Assembly (NCBI RefSeq): GCF_009914755.1
Contig: NC_060940.1
Reading direction: 5' to 3' (one strand)
Origin: the human T2T-CHM13v2.0 reference genome, Homo sapiens
Length of the DNA: 64,000 bases
Shown here in pieces: positions 1 to 14,454 of this stretch; positions within the stretch are counted from its first letter, which is position 1; every line of letters begins with the position of its first letter. Under the pieces are notes generated by a model. It searched no databases. It was not told where the DNA came from and saw nothing but the letters and a program-made list of their open reading frames with translations. The position numbers were made by a program, and so were the translations under genes.

Positions 1-192
1 TGTTATAGGTAGACATCCCATGCATTGTAGGATATTGAACAGCATCCCTGGCCTCCTATCCACTTTATGCCAGTAGCATCCCCTCCCTCCTTGTTGTGTT
101 GTTACTACCGAAAATGTCTCCAGATACTGCCATTGTCCCTAAGGCATGGGGGCAGGGGGGTGGTTAACATATTCCCCAGATAAGAACCATTG
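1..192 (-). mobile_element. MER20 (hAT-Charlie) fragment
   Basis: Reverse complement resembles the MER20 consensus (CAGTGGTTCT...GGCAATGTCTGGAGACATTTT...GGCCAGGGATGCTG...ATCCTACAATGCA). Confidence 0.8.
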
Positions 193-1369
193 TTCTAGAG
201 GTATGGTGTTGGAAGCGCTTGGCACCTTTCATGTAAATCATTGCATGTTGTCATCCCAGGTGAACTTTTCTTCTTTTCTTTTTGCATCCCCGCCCGTCAA
301 TTCTTCCCCTCCTTTCTCCTGGGCTGGGCTTTTCTTCATGTGTAAATGCACTGCAAAGACGAGATTGCCTTGAACTCCTCCAGCTTTTCCCGATAACCCT
401 GAGCTGCGCTGTCGCTCTAAGCCAGATCAGCAGAATCCGGCCTGTGATCAGGTTCCGGGAGCTGGAGGACCTCTCCGTCTCAGGCTGCTGTGATCAGAGA
501 GTCTGGAGAATGAGAATCTCTCTGATGTGGTCTTATCAGGCTGAGCCTAATGTCAACCCTGTTAGAGGAGCTTTGTCCGATCTGCCTGTAGCTTTGTTCT
601 GAACCGTTCAGTAACAGTTCACTGGAGCAGAAAGAGCCCTGTGAATTGATATTATAAACCCACATGCCTGTTTTATTCATTGTGGAGGCAACAGAATATA
701 ACACAAGTATTTATTTTTAGTGGTTGGAGAATGGCATTTCTTTCCCCGTCCCCATTGTCACAGAATGCAGAAAACAGCACAGGGCTCCTGAACACAATTC
801 TATTAGAAAGCTGTTGCCAGTTGTTTCTGGTTTCGATTATTTTGCACTATCCTAAGCAGTGTATGTCTGTGCATTGAATATGTATGTGTGCGTAATACAT
901 ATTACGTTCGTTTGGACGGTCTTAATAAGGAGCCACATACCATCAGATGTAATCCAATCACTATAGGCCAGACCTTCTATCCTTGGCTATTCCCTTAACC
1001 CCATCACCACCTTGATTTCGTTGGAAGTTAGATTTTCTAGAAAAATTCATGAAACTTCAACATGCTTCATTCATTCCTTGCTCTGGGCATTCCTTGCTGA
1101 AGGTCAGGAGCTGTGAAATTTCTCTTTAGTCCCATTGCTTTGATATGGCAGAGGCTGGGCAATGAAGAAATTGAAGTGTGGAAAAATGGAGTTCCGGCAA
1201 TGTCTTAAATGAGGGGAGGGGTCTTATCGAGGAGGCTGTGCCTGTGGTCTGAGCTGACATTTCTCTAACAGTGAGACCAGGAAGAGGACCAGGGGACACA
1301 GCTGGATGGCTGCAATACCAGGGTCCCTTCAGCTGCAATTAAAGCTGCATCTTACATTGGAGTCTTCAG

Positions 1370-1391
1370 TGATGATGATGATGATGATGAT
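1370..1391. repeat. (GAT)n microsatellite
   Basis: Run of tandem GAT units. Confidence 0.9.
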
Positions 1392-1509
1392 AGTAGTAGA
1401 TTGAACATAGGAAATTGCTGGCATTTGACAATTGTTAACCTACATAAATGTCACTTTCCTACAGCGCAACTTAATAATTGTACACATAATAGCTCATCTG
1501 GCTGGGTGA

Positions 1510-1690
1510 CTGCTATGGCTCAGGCACAGTGCTGTAAGCACTGCATATGTGTTGGCTCCTTAGACCAACACAACTACTGTCTATTACAGATACTGTTATT
1601 GCTCTCACTTGACAAATAAGGATGCTGAGCTGTGGGAATAATTTGCCCAATGACACTAAATGGCAAAACTGGGATTAAAACCCAGGACCT
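1510..1690 (-). mobile_element. MIR SINE
   Basis: Degenerate reverse complement of MIR (caggcacagtgctgtaagcact...ttgcccaatgacac...ctgggattaaaacccagg). Confidence 0.65.
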
Positions 1691-1692
1691 TA

Positions 1693-2040
<348 letters not shown>

Positions 2041-2141
2041 CTATCCTCCTCTCTTGGTTGGATAACAGTTTTAGACTGATGCTCCTAATTCCCACAGAGG
2101 GGCCTGCATTTTCATCAGGCTTGAGGATCATGAGTTTTCAC

Positions 2142-2142
<1 letters not shown>

Positions 2143-2169
<27 letters not shown>
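2143..2169. repeat. (TG)n microsatellite
   Basis: Pure TG run. Confidence 0.95.
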
Positions 2170-2540
<371 letters not shown>

Positions 2541-2921
2541 ATCAACTTGAATTCTAAGAATGGGTGACAAACAACTTTGTCTTGAGGGTTGTGTGTTAAG
2601 CAAGAGCCATCAGGTCTCATCCTCCTCAGTTTAGCCACAATTCCACATTAGTTTCCCCGACAGTGTATGGAATTTCAGTTCTACACTCTTCCTTCTCTAA
2701 ATTTCACCCGGTCTTTCAGAGAGGAGACAGAGCCCTAACAGACTTAGCAAAGATGTTGAACACATGAAAATGGGAAGTACTGTTTAAAAATGGAATAACT
2801 CTTTTCTTCCCCCAAATCTATAACCCCAGTCTAATTATAAGAAAAACATCAGTCAACTTCCAGTTGAGGGACATCGTGCAAAATATCTGACTGTCAAGGT
2901 GATCAAAGACGGGGAATGTCA

Positions 2922-3246
<325 letters not shown>

Positions 3247-3450
3247 TCACAGACAAGAAGAAACTTCAGAGTCAAGGCCGCCCAGATGCCATGTGGTGTC
3301 TCAGATGGGATCCTGGAGCCGAAAAAGGACATTAGATGAAAACTAAAGCAATCGAAGTATAGGCTGTAGTTGATCGTGATGTATTCATAGTGGTTCCTTA
3401 GTTGTGAACATGTACCATGCTACTGTAAGATGTTAATAATAGTGAAAATT

Positions 3451-3728
3451 GGCTGGACACCGTCGCTCACGGCTGTAATCCCAGTACTTTGGAGGACTAC
3501 CTGAGGAGTTCCAGACTAGCCTGGCCAACATGGTGAAACCCCATCTCTACTAAAAATACAAAAATTAGCCAGGCGTGGTGGCGTGTGCCTGTAATCTCAG
3601 CTCCTCATGAGGCTGAGGCAGGAGAATCACTTGAACCTAGGAGCTAGAGGTTGCAGGGAGCCGAGATCACACCAGTGCACTCCAGGCTGGGCAACAGAGT
3701 GACATTCTGCCAAAAAAAAAAAAAAAAA
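3451..3728 (+). mobile_element. Alu (AluS) with small left-arm deletion
   Basis: Dimer with poly-A tail; TSD gttaataatag. Confidence 0.93.
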
Positions 3729-4060
3729 GTTAATAATAGGGGAAATTGTGGAGTACATGGAAATTCTCTGTACAAACTTCACAACATTTCTGTAAATCGA
3801 AAAGTATGCTGCAATTAAAATTTTATTTTTAAAAAGGGAAAATAAACATAAGCCCACACAAAAAATATGGACTAATCAAATACTTTCTAGATTTCATGTT
3901 TATAGCGTTTCTCACTTAGTAATACAAAGCATTCTATCTTAGATTTCTCCCATGTCTGTTAGACTCCCAAAGGCTTTTACCCCATGGTAAACAGCATAAA
4001 CAAATTTGTATGGGTTTTTTAAATTCAGATTTTCCCAGGCTGATTTAATCATGGAATTAC

Positions 4061-4409
<349 letters not shown>

Positions 4410-4644
4410 TTACTTGAGAAGCAGTGATGGGGAAAAAAAATGTAGGTCACAAGCCTCCCTGATGACAATTCCTTTCATAACACCAGCTTTTCCCAGGACA
4501 CACCATTGAGACACCTTGACATCACTACCCAGAAGCATTGGTAACCTCTTTGTGCCTCAACACTGATTCTCGCCTGTAAACCATTCCTCTCCCCTGGCCA
4601 CCCTCCTGCATCTGACCCCCTGCCTCCCTTCCCCAGTCTTCCTC

Positions 4645-4822
4645 TGTAGCAATGGGTCCCACACATCCCTGAATCACTTGTTAAAACCTAGATGTCCAGC
4701 CTTGACCCCCAGAGTTCCTGATTCACTGGGTCTGGGATGGGGCCCAGAAACTTTGCATTTCTCACAAGATCCAAGGTGAGGTCAACACTACCAGCCTGGG
4801 GACCACACTTTGCAAGCCACTG
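4645..4822 (-). mobile_element. MER5A (hAT-Charlie)
   Basis: ctgattcactgggtctgggatggggcccag...tttgcatttct...ggggaccacacttt matches reverse MER5A. Confidence 0.75.
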
Positions 4823-5434
4823 AGATGCCCTCTGTCTCCTTGTAAGGCTGCCATCCATTCCGCCATAGATTCCACGCTTTGCTGCCACCCCCCTGCCCCC
4901 TGCCTGCCCCTTTGCTTGTCCTCTTGCTATTCCCAGGCACTGGTTGCCTGTTTTCTAACATAAATGTCAAAAAAGTATTCCTCAGCGGGTGTGGCATTCA
5001 GAAATGGATAGGATTCAAACAAGCAAAGGGGGTTACTTGGTTTAAGAGCTCAGTTTAATGACAAGAGTATTTTCCTTGTAGCTTTGTAGAGCTGGATCCC
5101 AGGTACCTCTCATGAAGCCCATGAACTTGGTTTCTACCCTATAAATTGAGGTTGATGAGACTCATCACTTTGGCTTTTGCGAGGATTAATTGGATTTGCA
5201 TTCGTTAAGTGCAGAGCCTGGCACATTGTAACAGCTCATTAGTAATTACTTTCCAAACTCCAAGGAGATGGTTCTCAGATGTTGGTGACTATCATCACCT
5301 CCTGCAGAGATGTGGAGGTGCAGAGTCCTGACCCTGCCTCCAAAGACTCTTACTCATCAAATTTGGGAGTGAGATAAGAATCTGTACATGTTACAAAGAA
5401 ACCAGAAAATCCCAATTCAAGGGGTCTACAGACA

Positions 5435-5700
5435 ATCCATTCATTCGTTCTTCACTTAGTTATCCAACAAGTGTTTCACATACACTTCCATGCACCAAGA
5501 TGGGATTGCAGGTGGTAGGGATACAGAAATGGACAAAACCGAGTGCTCACCTTGGTGGAGATGATTGGCAGCCTGCCTTACACAAGGAACTCTATGTTCA
5601 CTGGCCAGGTTATGGGAAGTGGTACAAAGTTGGAGTAAAAGTAAGGTAAGAAGATAGATTGGTGGTCAAAAGTCTTTCTGAGAAGATTACATGAGAGGAA
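5435..5700 (-). mobile_element. L2 fragment
   Basis: cattcattc...caacaagtgttt...gggatacagaaatggacaaaac is a typical reverse L2 3' end. Confidence 0.55.
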
Positions 5701-5852
5701 AGATGGAATAAAGGAAGAAAAATATTGAAAAATCTTCAATTAAAATGTGATTCTTTCTAATGTGAGCCACAGAATTTAACACAGATCTGTAGTAGTCATC
5801 TTGAGTGTTTTTCTTTTGATAGAAAAGTGTGACTTTCCAACCAATATAGTAG

Positions 5853-6218
<366 letters not shown>

Positions 6219-6819
6219 CTTATTTCTAATCCCTGTAACAGATTATGCAAGGGAAGGTGTTTCATCCCAACATTACAGATGAGGGGAGTTGTGAGGAGCT
6301 TATATGATCACATAGTGAATGGCCAAAGATGGCTCTTTCTATACTCTACAGCCTCTGACATACAAAGATTCAGACTTCATTTCCAAAGTCATTAGCAGTA
6401 CCAACTGTAATCCTCTTAAGGAACTAATTATTTTGTTACCATTTTCTGTATTTATTATATTGCCATGCCCCATGGCTTACAATCCTGGCTGTGCCTTCAA
6501 ATGTCCCAGAGGCAGGAACTGAGTGTCTGGGGTATTAAGGTTTTCTCAGATGATGCATCTGATATGCATCCAATGACAGGTACCACTGGCTAGCATTATA
6601 ATCCAAGATAAATCCATATCTTCTGCCTGTGGAACCAGATGGAGTTCTGGTATCAAAATACAGATCTAGAGGGTAGCTCTGAGCCAGTGCACTTGAAGTT
6701 TGTGGTCATGATGAACTTCAAGCTCATGTAAGAGATTACTGAATTTCCCAGCAATGAGTAACGGACCAACCTATGGAGAAGGCAGACAGAATGGCAATGT
6801 GGAATAAGCACAGGCCCTG

Positions 6820-6935
6820 GCATCCAAACTGGGTTTGAAACCCACCTGTCCACTTTTCTGGCTTTGTGATTTGGGGTGACACACAAAATTTATAATATAC
6901 GTAATATTATTAAGAACACAGTAGGTTCCCAGCAT
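6820..6935 (+). mobile_element. MIR fragment
   Basis: ctgggtttgaaacccacctgtccactt...ctttgtgatttggg. Confidence 0.5.
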
Positions 6936-8069
6936 TGTATTCTCTGTTCTCTCTCTTAAAAGTGCCACCCTCTACCAAGAAGCACTAGTTGAATTCCAAG
7001 AAGGCAAGAAAAGGGCTACCATTTCTTCTCTACCCAGCAATGGTTACGTTAATTTTCCAGTGCAGGAAAGTGGAAGAAAATAAGAGTATATATATATCTT
7101 TCCAGGCCCTTCTTTCCAAAGTTATTTGACTCTAAACTTAGCATCCTCTCCCGGGAAGATGGAACTGTCCTTTTTGTGCATTTGCTGTGATAACTTTGGG
7201 CCCAGTTACGCTTGCTACGAAGCTTGGGCTGGTAGTGGTTTAGGAGAAAAAAAAATCAAGTGAAACTTAGGACTGTCTTCTCTCTTCTTTCCCGAACTTC
7301 ATCTTTGCAGAGATGATCTCCTCTTTGACATGCAGAGTACTCAGGCCTCTTTTTCTCTTCTTGTCCTTTCTTTCTTATTAAACCTCCAGCCCCCCAATCT
7401 GAAACGATTGCTCCCATTTTGTATTCCATGGAGCTGTAATATTTGCCCAATGATGAGCTCCATTCAGCAGTTTGTTAACTGAAATGGGAAGTGACAGATT
7501 CAATAAAAGGAAATCTCTGTGCCAAGGAAACAGATATTATTTCTCCCCTCGCTCTCCCTTTCTGTGTCTCTCAGACTACTCTGTGCCCGGAATCCAGAGA
7601 CTCTGAGCTTACGGACAAGTCAAAGCTTTCTGTTGATCCATGCCCAACTAATTTGATCAGAATAGAGGTTTTTATTCCCTGTAGTTCTTCTCTCTCATGC
7701 TTACTGATATGATTGAGTGCCTGGGAGTCACCCCCAACCTCTGCTGATTGTTAGAGGGAGGAAGTGATGTACAGGAAAGTGGGTACATGGTGTGCTGGGA
7801 GGGGGGCCTTGTAGACAAGATGGGGACAATTGTAAACAGAAGATCGGGGCTGATGTAAAAGTGCAAGATCCTCTTCTGGGGACAGCCTTCTTGTCTTCAT
7901 GGATAGTGCATATAGAAAAGCACCCACGATTCCCAGTCATTGAAAACCAGAGGACCCCAGTGGCAATGGATACCCATTTAATCTCTGAGAAAATATTAAT
8001 GAGTAAAAGGCAAGCGACTTTAGGGATGTTTTTTTTTCTTTCCACATATATGTGGACACTAGTTGTGAA

Positions 8070-8310
8070 TAATAATGACAATGACGATAGTGAGTAGATA
8101 TCATGTATCAACTCCCTACTAAATGCCAAGGTTTGGTCTATGCACGTAACACATATTATCTCATTCAATCCCCGACAACAACCCTCTGAAGGAGGTGTCC
8201 TTATTGTCCACATTTTATAGCAGAAAACTGGGGCTTAGAGAAGTAATGTGTCCAAGAACTCATAGCTGGCAGGTAGGAGCCCTGAGATTCCAGTGTGGGG
8301 CTCGTAAACT
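8070..8310 (-). mobile_element. MIR SINE
   Basis: tatctcattcaatcc...caaccctctg...ccacattttatagcagaaaactggggcttagagaagt. Confidence 0.75.
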
Positions 8311-8387
8311 TACACTTTGCCTAAATTTTTTTTAAATGATTGAGTTCATTGTTCATTTATATCTAATTTTAAGAAATAGCACAAAGA

Positions 8388-8812
<425 letters not shown>

Positions 8813-8832
8813 TCACCAGCTTCACATGCTAT

Positions 8833-8875
<43 letters not shown>
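8833..8875. repeat. (TG)n microsatellite
   Basis: TG run with one interruption. Confidence 0.95.
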
Positions 8876-8876
<1 letters not shown>

Positions 8877-10206
8877 CACTTCTCTGCAATGTCTCACCCA
8901 TGTAGCCTCCTGTGATAGCCACCATAGCCAACATACATCATAGCTCCATCACAAAGATCTTAGGCTCTACTCTTTCGTCCCTGCAGTGACCTCCCTCCCT
9001 GCTCCATATCTCAGGAAACCTTAATGTGTTCTCCATCTTTAAAATTTTGTCATTTCGAGAATGCTATATAAAAAGTATGTGAAAGGCTTCATGTTGGTCA
9101 CCCTCTGTGCATGTGTGTGGTTGCAGAATTAGTCCTCACACAGAGCTTGATTGTCTACTTCACTTCTTGACGCACTTTCGTTCCTCTGTCATCTCCCATC
9201 TCCCTTTTCCTGCAGATGTATTGGGTTGAGACTTCTGGATTAGGTACCCTGTTGGCCCTAGTATGCAGCCTATCACCCAATCACCACAACCACCCTCATC
9301 CCACAGATGGGCTCCAGATGTCACTGTGTGGAGGTCCTCTATAGATTTTCAGATCACATTCAGTCACTGGAGGCCAAGACACTCCCTGTCACTCTCTGCC
9401 CAACCCTCCATTCCTAACCTCACCTCTCCCCCACGGCCAACCTAGGTCCATTAGCCATGCTGAGCTTGAGGATAAGAGGACTAGTTTCCATTGCTGGTCC
9501 ATAGTTTCCACCCCAGAAGCCTCCATGCCCCATACTGGTTAAAAAGTTATTGCAGAAGAGGTTTGCCAGAGGTAAACCAGGTCTTCCAGAGTATACCAGA
9601 AAGGACTGCATGTTGTCTGTTTGAGTGGGGGACTTCATGCCCAATTTTCACAGGGCAAAGCATCACCTGGTGTCTTGTGTGGCAAACAGCTTTGATACTT
9701 GCCCATGTCCCATGGTGTCCAGGAGACTTTTCATTAAATGAGGTGACCACTGCCCCTTTAGGGCGTGAGCCAGGCATCTGAGATGGAGATTACGCATTCT
9801 GTGTCTCTGCCTGACACAACGTTTCTGTTTTCCTGATGGCTTATCTGATGCCATTAAAGTCTCTACCTGTAAATAGTCAGTAGACATTGGGTATGAAAGA
9901 CCCAAACAATATTTGGCTGAACTGTTCGTTGCCACAGAGTATTATTAGATTAGATTGGATCTTAGATATTGAAGAATTTTTACTCCCTTACTTTTGCAAA
10001 CCTGGAAAAAAAATTGATGCTATCTGCTCTCTAGAACTAATACTTTATGGTCTTATCCTCTTTTCTCCTCTCTCTCACTGTGTCTGTGTCTCTATCCCTA
10101 TCTCTATCTCTGTCTTTCTCTGTCTTCCTCTCTCTCTCTCACCTCTTTTTTCTCTTCTCTCCTCTAAAGGAAGGCATTGACTCTTCCAGACCCACTAAGA
10201 GTCGAG

Positions 10207-10544
10207 GTTTTTTTTGTTGTTGTTTCTGTTTGTTTTGTTTTGTTTTTGAGAAAGGGTCTCAGTCTGTCACCCAGGTTGGAGTGCAGTGGCACAATCAGAG
10301 CTCACTGCACCCTTGACCTCCCGGGCTCATGCTTTCCTCACACTTCAGCCCCTGGAGTAGCTGGGACTACAGGTGTTCGTCACCACGCCCAGATAGTTTT
10401 TTTTGTATTTTTACTAGAGACAGGGTTTCGCCATGTTTCCCAGGCTGGTCTGGAACTCCTGGGCTCAAGCAGTTCACCCACCGTGGCCTCCCAAAGTGCT
10501 GGGATTACGAGCGTGAGCACCACCACCGTCCCCCACCCCCAGCC
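10207..10544 (-). mobile_element. Alu (AluJ-like)
   Basis: Reverse dimer with AluJ-type ctcctgggctcaagc; TSD aagagt. Confidence 0.9.
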
Positions 10545-12205
10545 AAGAGTTGTTTTTATCATGTCCTTAGTCTTGTTGGTTGCTGCCTTGTCCCTTTACC
10601 TGTTGTTCCTCTTCAATCATTGCAACAGTGACACTCCCCTTAGCTGGGCATCAAACACAGACAGAAGCATATTCAATTCCAGGAGTCTCCACTGTCTCTC
10701 ATCTGAATTTAAGCTGGACACCTCGCTTGTGAATGCAGAGGGGCCAGCATCCCACTCCCGCCTTGGCGCAATGCAACCGGCACCTTTGAGGGGGCAGATT
10801 GTATTGTGCCTTGTCAGGCCCACCACGGCTTTTGTTTTCCTGCGCATTTGAATAATACATCTGATTACCATGGCAAATGTTGCGGCATATGCAAGCTTGG
10901 ACCTCCTGCCTAATTAGCTGTTGATAACAGGGCCCCCTGCCCTTTCCCCTCTCCGCAGCCCTCAGGGACATGACAGTTCTTTTATCTTTCTTCAAAATTG
11001 ACTTGCTCTCCCGACCCTCCAGTAGTTCCTGTTTTGTCTGTTTACCTCTCCTGCATTTTGCAAGACTGTTAATTTTCCGTGGCACCTCCTATCTGGTTGT
11101 AATTAACACATCGCACACTGAAGAAATAGTTCTGCTTTTTCCAGATGCCTAATGGAGGCATGTCCTTTTTTTTCTTTTCTCCACTAATTATACCACTGTA
11201 TTTTAGCAACCTGCATTGACCTAAAAGGATCTGTTTTCTTTCTTTCTTCCTTTTTTTTTTTTTTTTTTATTGTTTTGGTTGGAAGAATAAGTATGGTTTT
11301 AGAACCCAGTTTGGGCAGAAACTGGGAAGAGAATGAAATCATTAGTGATATATGTTGTCACTGTTTCTTTTCATAGCCTTTAAAGTAACAAATGAGGGTA
11401 CATTTGTTGTCAGCCTTCCTGTTCAGCGTTTGACAACTCTTTGTTAGATGTGGGTAACGTTTGCTTTGGATATATGCTCTCTCTCCAGTCTAAATATTCT
11501 GCCGTGGTAATTATACAGATGGGGCACATGACCTATTCCGTAGAGTGTGGAAATTCTCAGCAGATTGTAAATAGCCTCTCGTCCTATTAGATTTTAAGGA
11601 AGCTAAGCCCTTGCCTCCCAAACATGAGACATGGAATCTGTTTATCATCTTATGCTTAGGCTTAAGATTTAAGCTGTAATGAATACTGGTTCAAAGAGAT
11701 TGAGGTATAAGAAGGAGGTTGGTAGTTACAGCAATAAAAACAGGAGCAAAAAGAGCAGCTTTTGTGAAGGACTCCGGCTGGAATAATGATGATAGAATTG
11801 TCTAAATCGATACATCTCTTGTCAGACTCATGTCTGATGTTTGAATCAACCAGGCCTTTTCTGCAAGAGCTTTCCTCAAGAATATTGAATTATTTATTAT
11901 TTGTATCTTTTTTTTTCTTTCCCTTTCTGATGATTTTTTTTCCTTCTGACTTAGTGAAATTTGTTTTTCATGCTGCCAGGTTGAATGTTGTCTACTCTTT
12001 GATAAATAGCAGTAATTGGGCATATAGCAGGGGTCATGTACAAATGTATGACTTCAATTACATCTAGAGCATTTTTTTCTTTATATTGATCTTTTTTTTT
12101 TCTTATAAGATCTGTTCTCTATAGCCTGTGGTACTGAGTACTTTAAAGAATTATTCTTTGTCCATGTATGTCAGCATGCACTTTCAAATCTATATATCTT
12201 TTAAA

Positions 12206-12250
12206 ATATATATATATATACACACATATATATACATATATATATATACA

Positions 12251-12300
<50 letters not shown>
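12206..12300. repeat. Compound (TA)n/(CA)n microsatellite
   Basis: About 95 bp of alternating purine-pyrimidine sequence. Confidence 0.95.
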
Positions 12301-12395
12301 GTCCTGCGCTTTCCTGAGGCTGTACAGACGTGGGAGGCGAAATTGTGACGCCTCCACTTGATGAACCATACCTGACTCTTTTGCTCATCTTGCAG

Positions 12396-12773
12396 TCTTG
12401 TGGCGGTGTCATTTCTACGGTTGGCTTTTCTTGCTACAGGTTGGGCCAAGGTGGAGAAGGCACTGGTATTGACCAGGAAAGTTGTATGTAATAGAAATTG
12501 TAGAGCACAGTAGGAGAAGAAAAGTGAAATGAAGTAGACATGGGAGGCAGAAAGACAAAGAGAGAGAGAACAACCTATGTTGTAATTGAAGCTTAAGAAA
12601 ATACCATCCTTGGACACTTTCTTGTTTCTGATTTTATCTAAGTATCTTCTGGTTGATTCTTAAACTGCATGTATTTATGGCACATGTATTTGCCAGTTTA
12701 ATGGACACTTTTCCATCTAGGACTGTTTATATTCAGGCACCCATACGTACACATATTTCCAAGGGTAAATAAA
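12396..12773 (+). other. Candidate alternative or cryptic terminal exon with two tandem acceptors
   Basis: Branch-like ctgac 12372, pyrimidine tract, CAG|12396; second acceptor ttttcttgctacag|12440; AATAAA 12768-12773. Confidence 0.35.
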
Positions 12774-13591
12774 CACCAGCCTGAATGTTTGGTGAGATTA
12801 GCTTTGGCAATAGTGACATTTCCCAGGCACAGCCAGGTTTTCTAAGGCAGGAATCTGAGGTCTGATGATATTACTGCTCTGAGCGTACCTAACCTACAGT
12901 TTGAGGAAATAAAAGGTAGGTTGGAAGACTGCCGAGGCCCCCAGTTGGCTGCTGCTTCCAGAGACTGCAGGCTTACTCAGTGCTTACTGTCCCATTTCCA
13001 CTGGCCTGGAGATGGCCTTTGCCAAAGGGCAGTCATAGAAATAACAACTCCACATCATTCCTTGTTTGGTTCTGCGTTTCTGTACCATGGCATCGTGCTG
13101 TCGTCAGCAGTTTTCTGACATGCAAAATAATGATGGGGCACTGAATTATATTTTGTAAGGGCATGCAAATAGAGAGTGTTCATTTCTTCAGCCTTTTTGA
13201 AGGAGAAGTGAGCCCTTAAAAGTCATTTTCGGGTAGGAAGTGTACACACATTATTTTATGTCATGCCCAGTCCCTAAAGCCATATCTGTTCCATATTTTT
13301 CAGAGGGAGAAAATAGAATAAAAACCCTCAGAGGCTCTGAGTGATAAAGGAAACACAGTCTCAGTTATTATGCTGTAGGAGATGAAGCTGGGACTTAAAT
13401 AGACAAAGAGAAATGGAGTTGGCTTTGGTCGAGCCTGTGATTCTGGGCCACATCGTATTTCTGTGTGTATGTTTGTGTACGTGTGCGTGTGTGTGCGTGT
13501 GCTTGTGCGAGTGAGAAACACTTGGATAGAACTGCCTCTCCCACCAGTAGGCTGTTAGGCACGGCACTCAGAAACAGCCCTATTGTTTTAG

Positions 13592-13706
13592 ATTTCCTTT
13601 CATATCATGTAGGCGTCTATACCATGCCACCCACACAGGAGAGCAAGTGAGCTGTGAAATATATTCATTGTTAGAGTACTGGGGAAATGGCGGCAAGCAA
13701 TCGGAG
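13592..13706 (+). other. Candidate alternative exon in a CNE-like block
   Basis: Acceptor tattgttttag|13592; donors CAA|gtgagc (13647) and GAG|gtaata (13707); one frame open to TAG 13776-13778. Confidence 0.3.
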
Positions 13707-14395
13707 GTAATAATGTCCGACAGGCAAGGGAGGCTGCCAACATTACCTGCATTATTTCGGTTGCCTTTTTCATTATAGGTTCGGGAAATAGGCAGCAATT
13801 CGATTATGGCATGATTTGGGGTGGAATTGCTTGCACTCCGTGACCCCGTCACTGGGGGATCAAATGAGAAGTCAAATCAAATAAAGTTCATAGTGCATTA
13901 ACCGGATGGAGCAGTGCCTTACCCACTCAGCACGATTTTTCATCTTCCAGGGGTTTGTGACTGCAGCCTAGATATCTCTGCACCTTAAGGCATGGGGAGG
14001 ATTGGCTGAGATGTATAGGAGTGAGGAGAGGCGGCCAATAGTGTGCAAACCCCTCCCCTCCCATGTGTAGCGCCGAGTTTCTCTGCAGCTTGAGCAAAGC
14101 AGTGTGATTAATAACAAGGAGGAAACCTGCTTGTTGGATTATTAATTTCCCATCCCCTTTGCCTTATTTTTTTTCTTTGCCATATTCCTGATGCTTTTTC
14201 TTCTGCCTCTTTTCTTTTTGCCATTTGCTAAAGCCTCTCCACCCCTCCTTTTCCCTCCTGTGGCCCACACTTTTGCCCATGGAGATATCCACTAGTCCTT
14301 TACACTGACACCTGGCCACCCAACCTCGTGCCGGCTGGCTTCACACCTGGGGTGAGTTTATCTCTTCCCTTCGGGGATTCTGTCTCTGAAACTAG

Positions 14396-14411
14396 GAGAG
14401 AGAGAATGAGG

Positions 14412-14447
<36 letters not shown>
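14396..14447. repeat. (GA)n microsatellite
   Basis: GA run. Confidence 0.95.

Positions 14448-14454
<7 letters not shown>

Noticed and set aside
10177-10851. 224-aa ORF, the longest in the window
   Set aside because: The N-terminal half is an antisense Alu translation (LSPRLECSG...); the rest has no recognisable domain or exon structure
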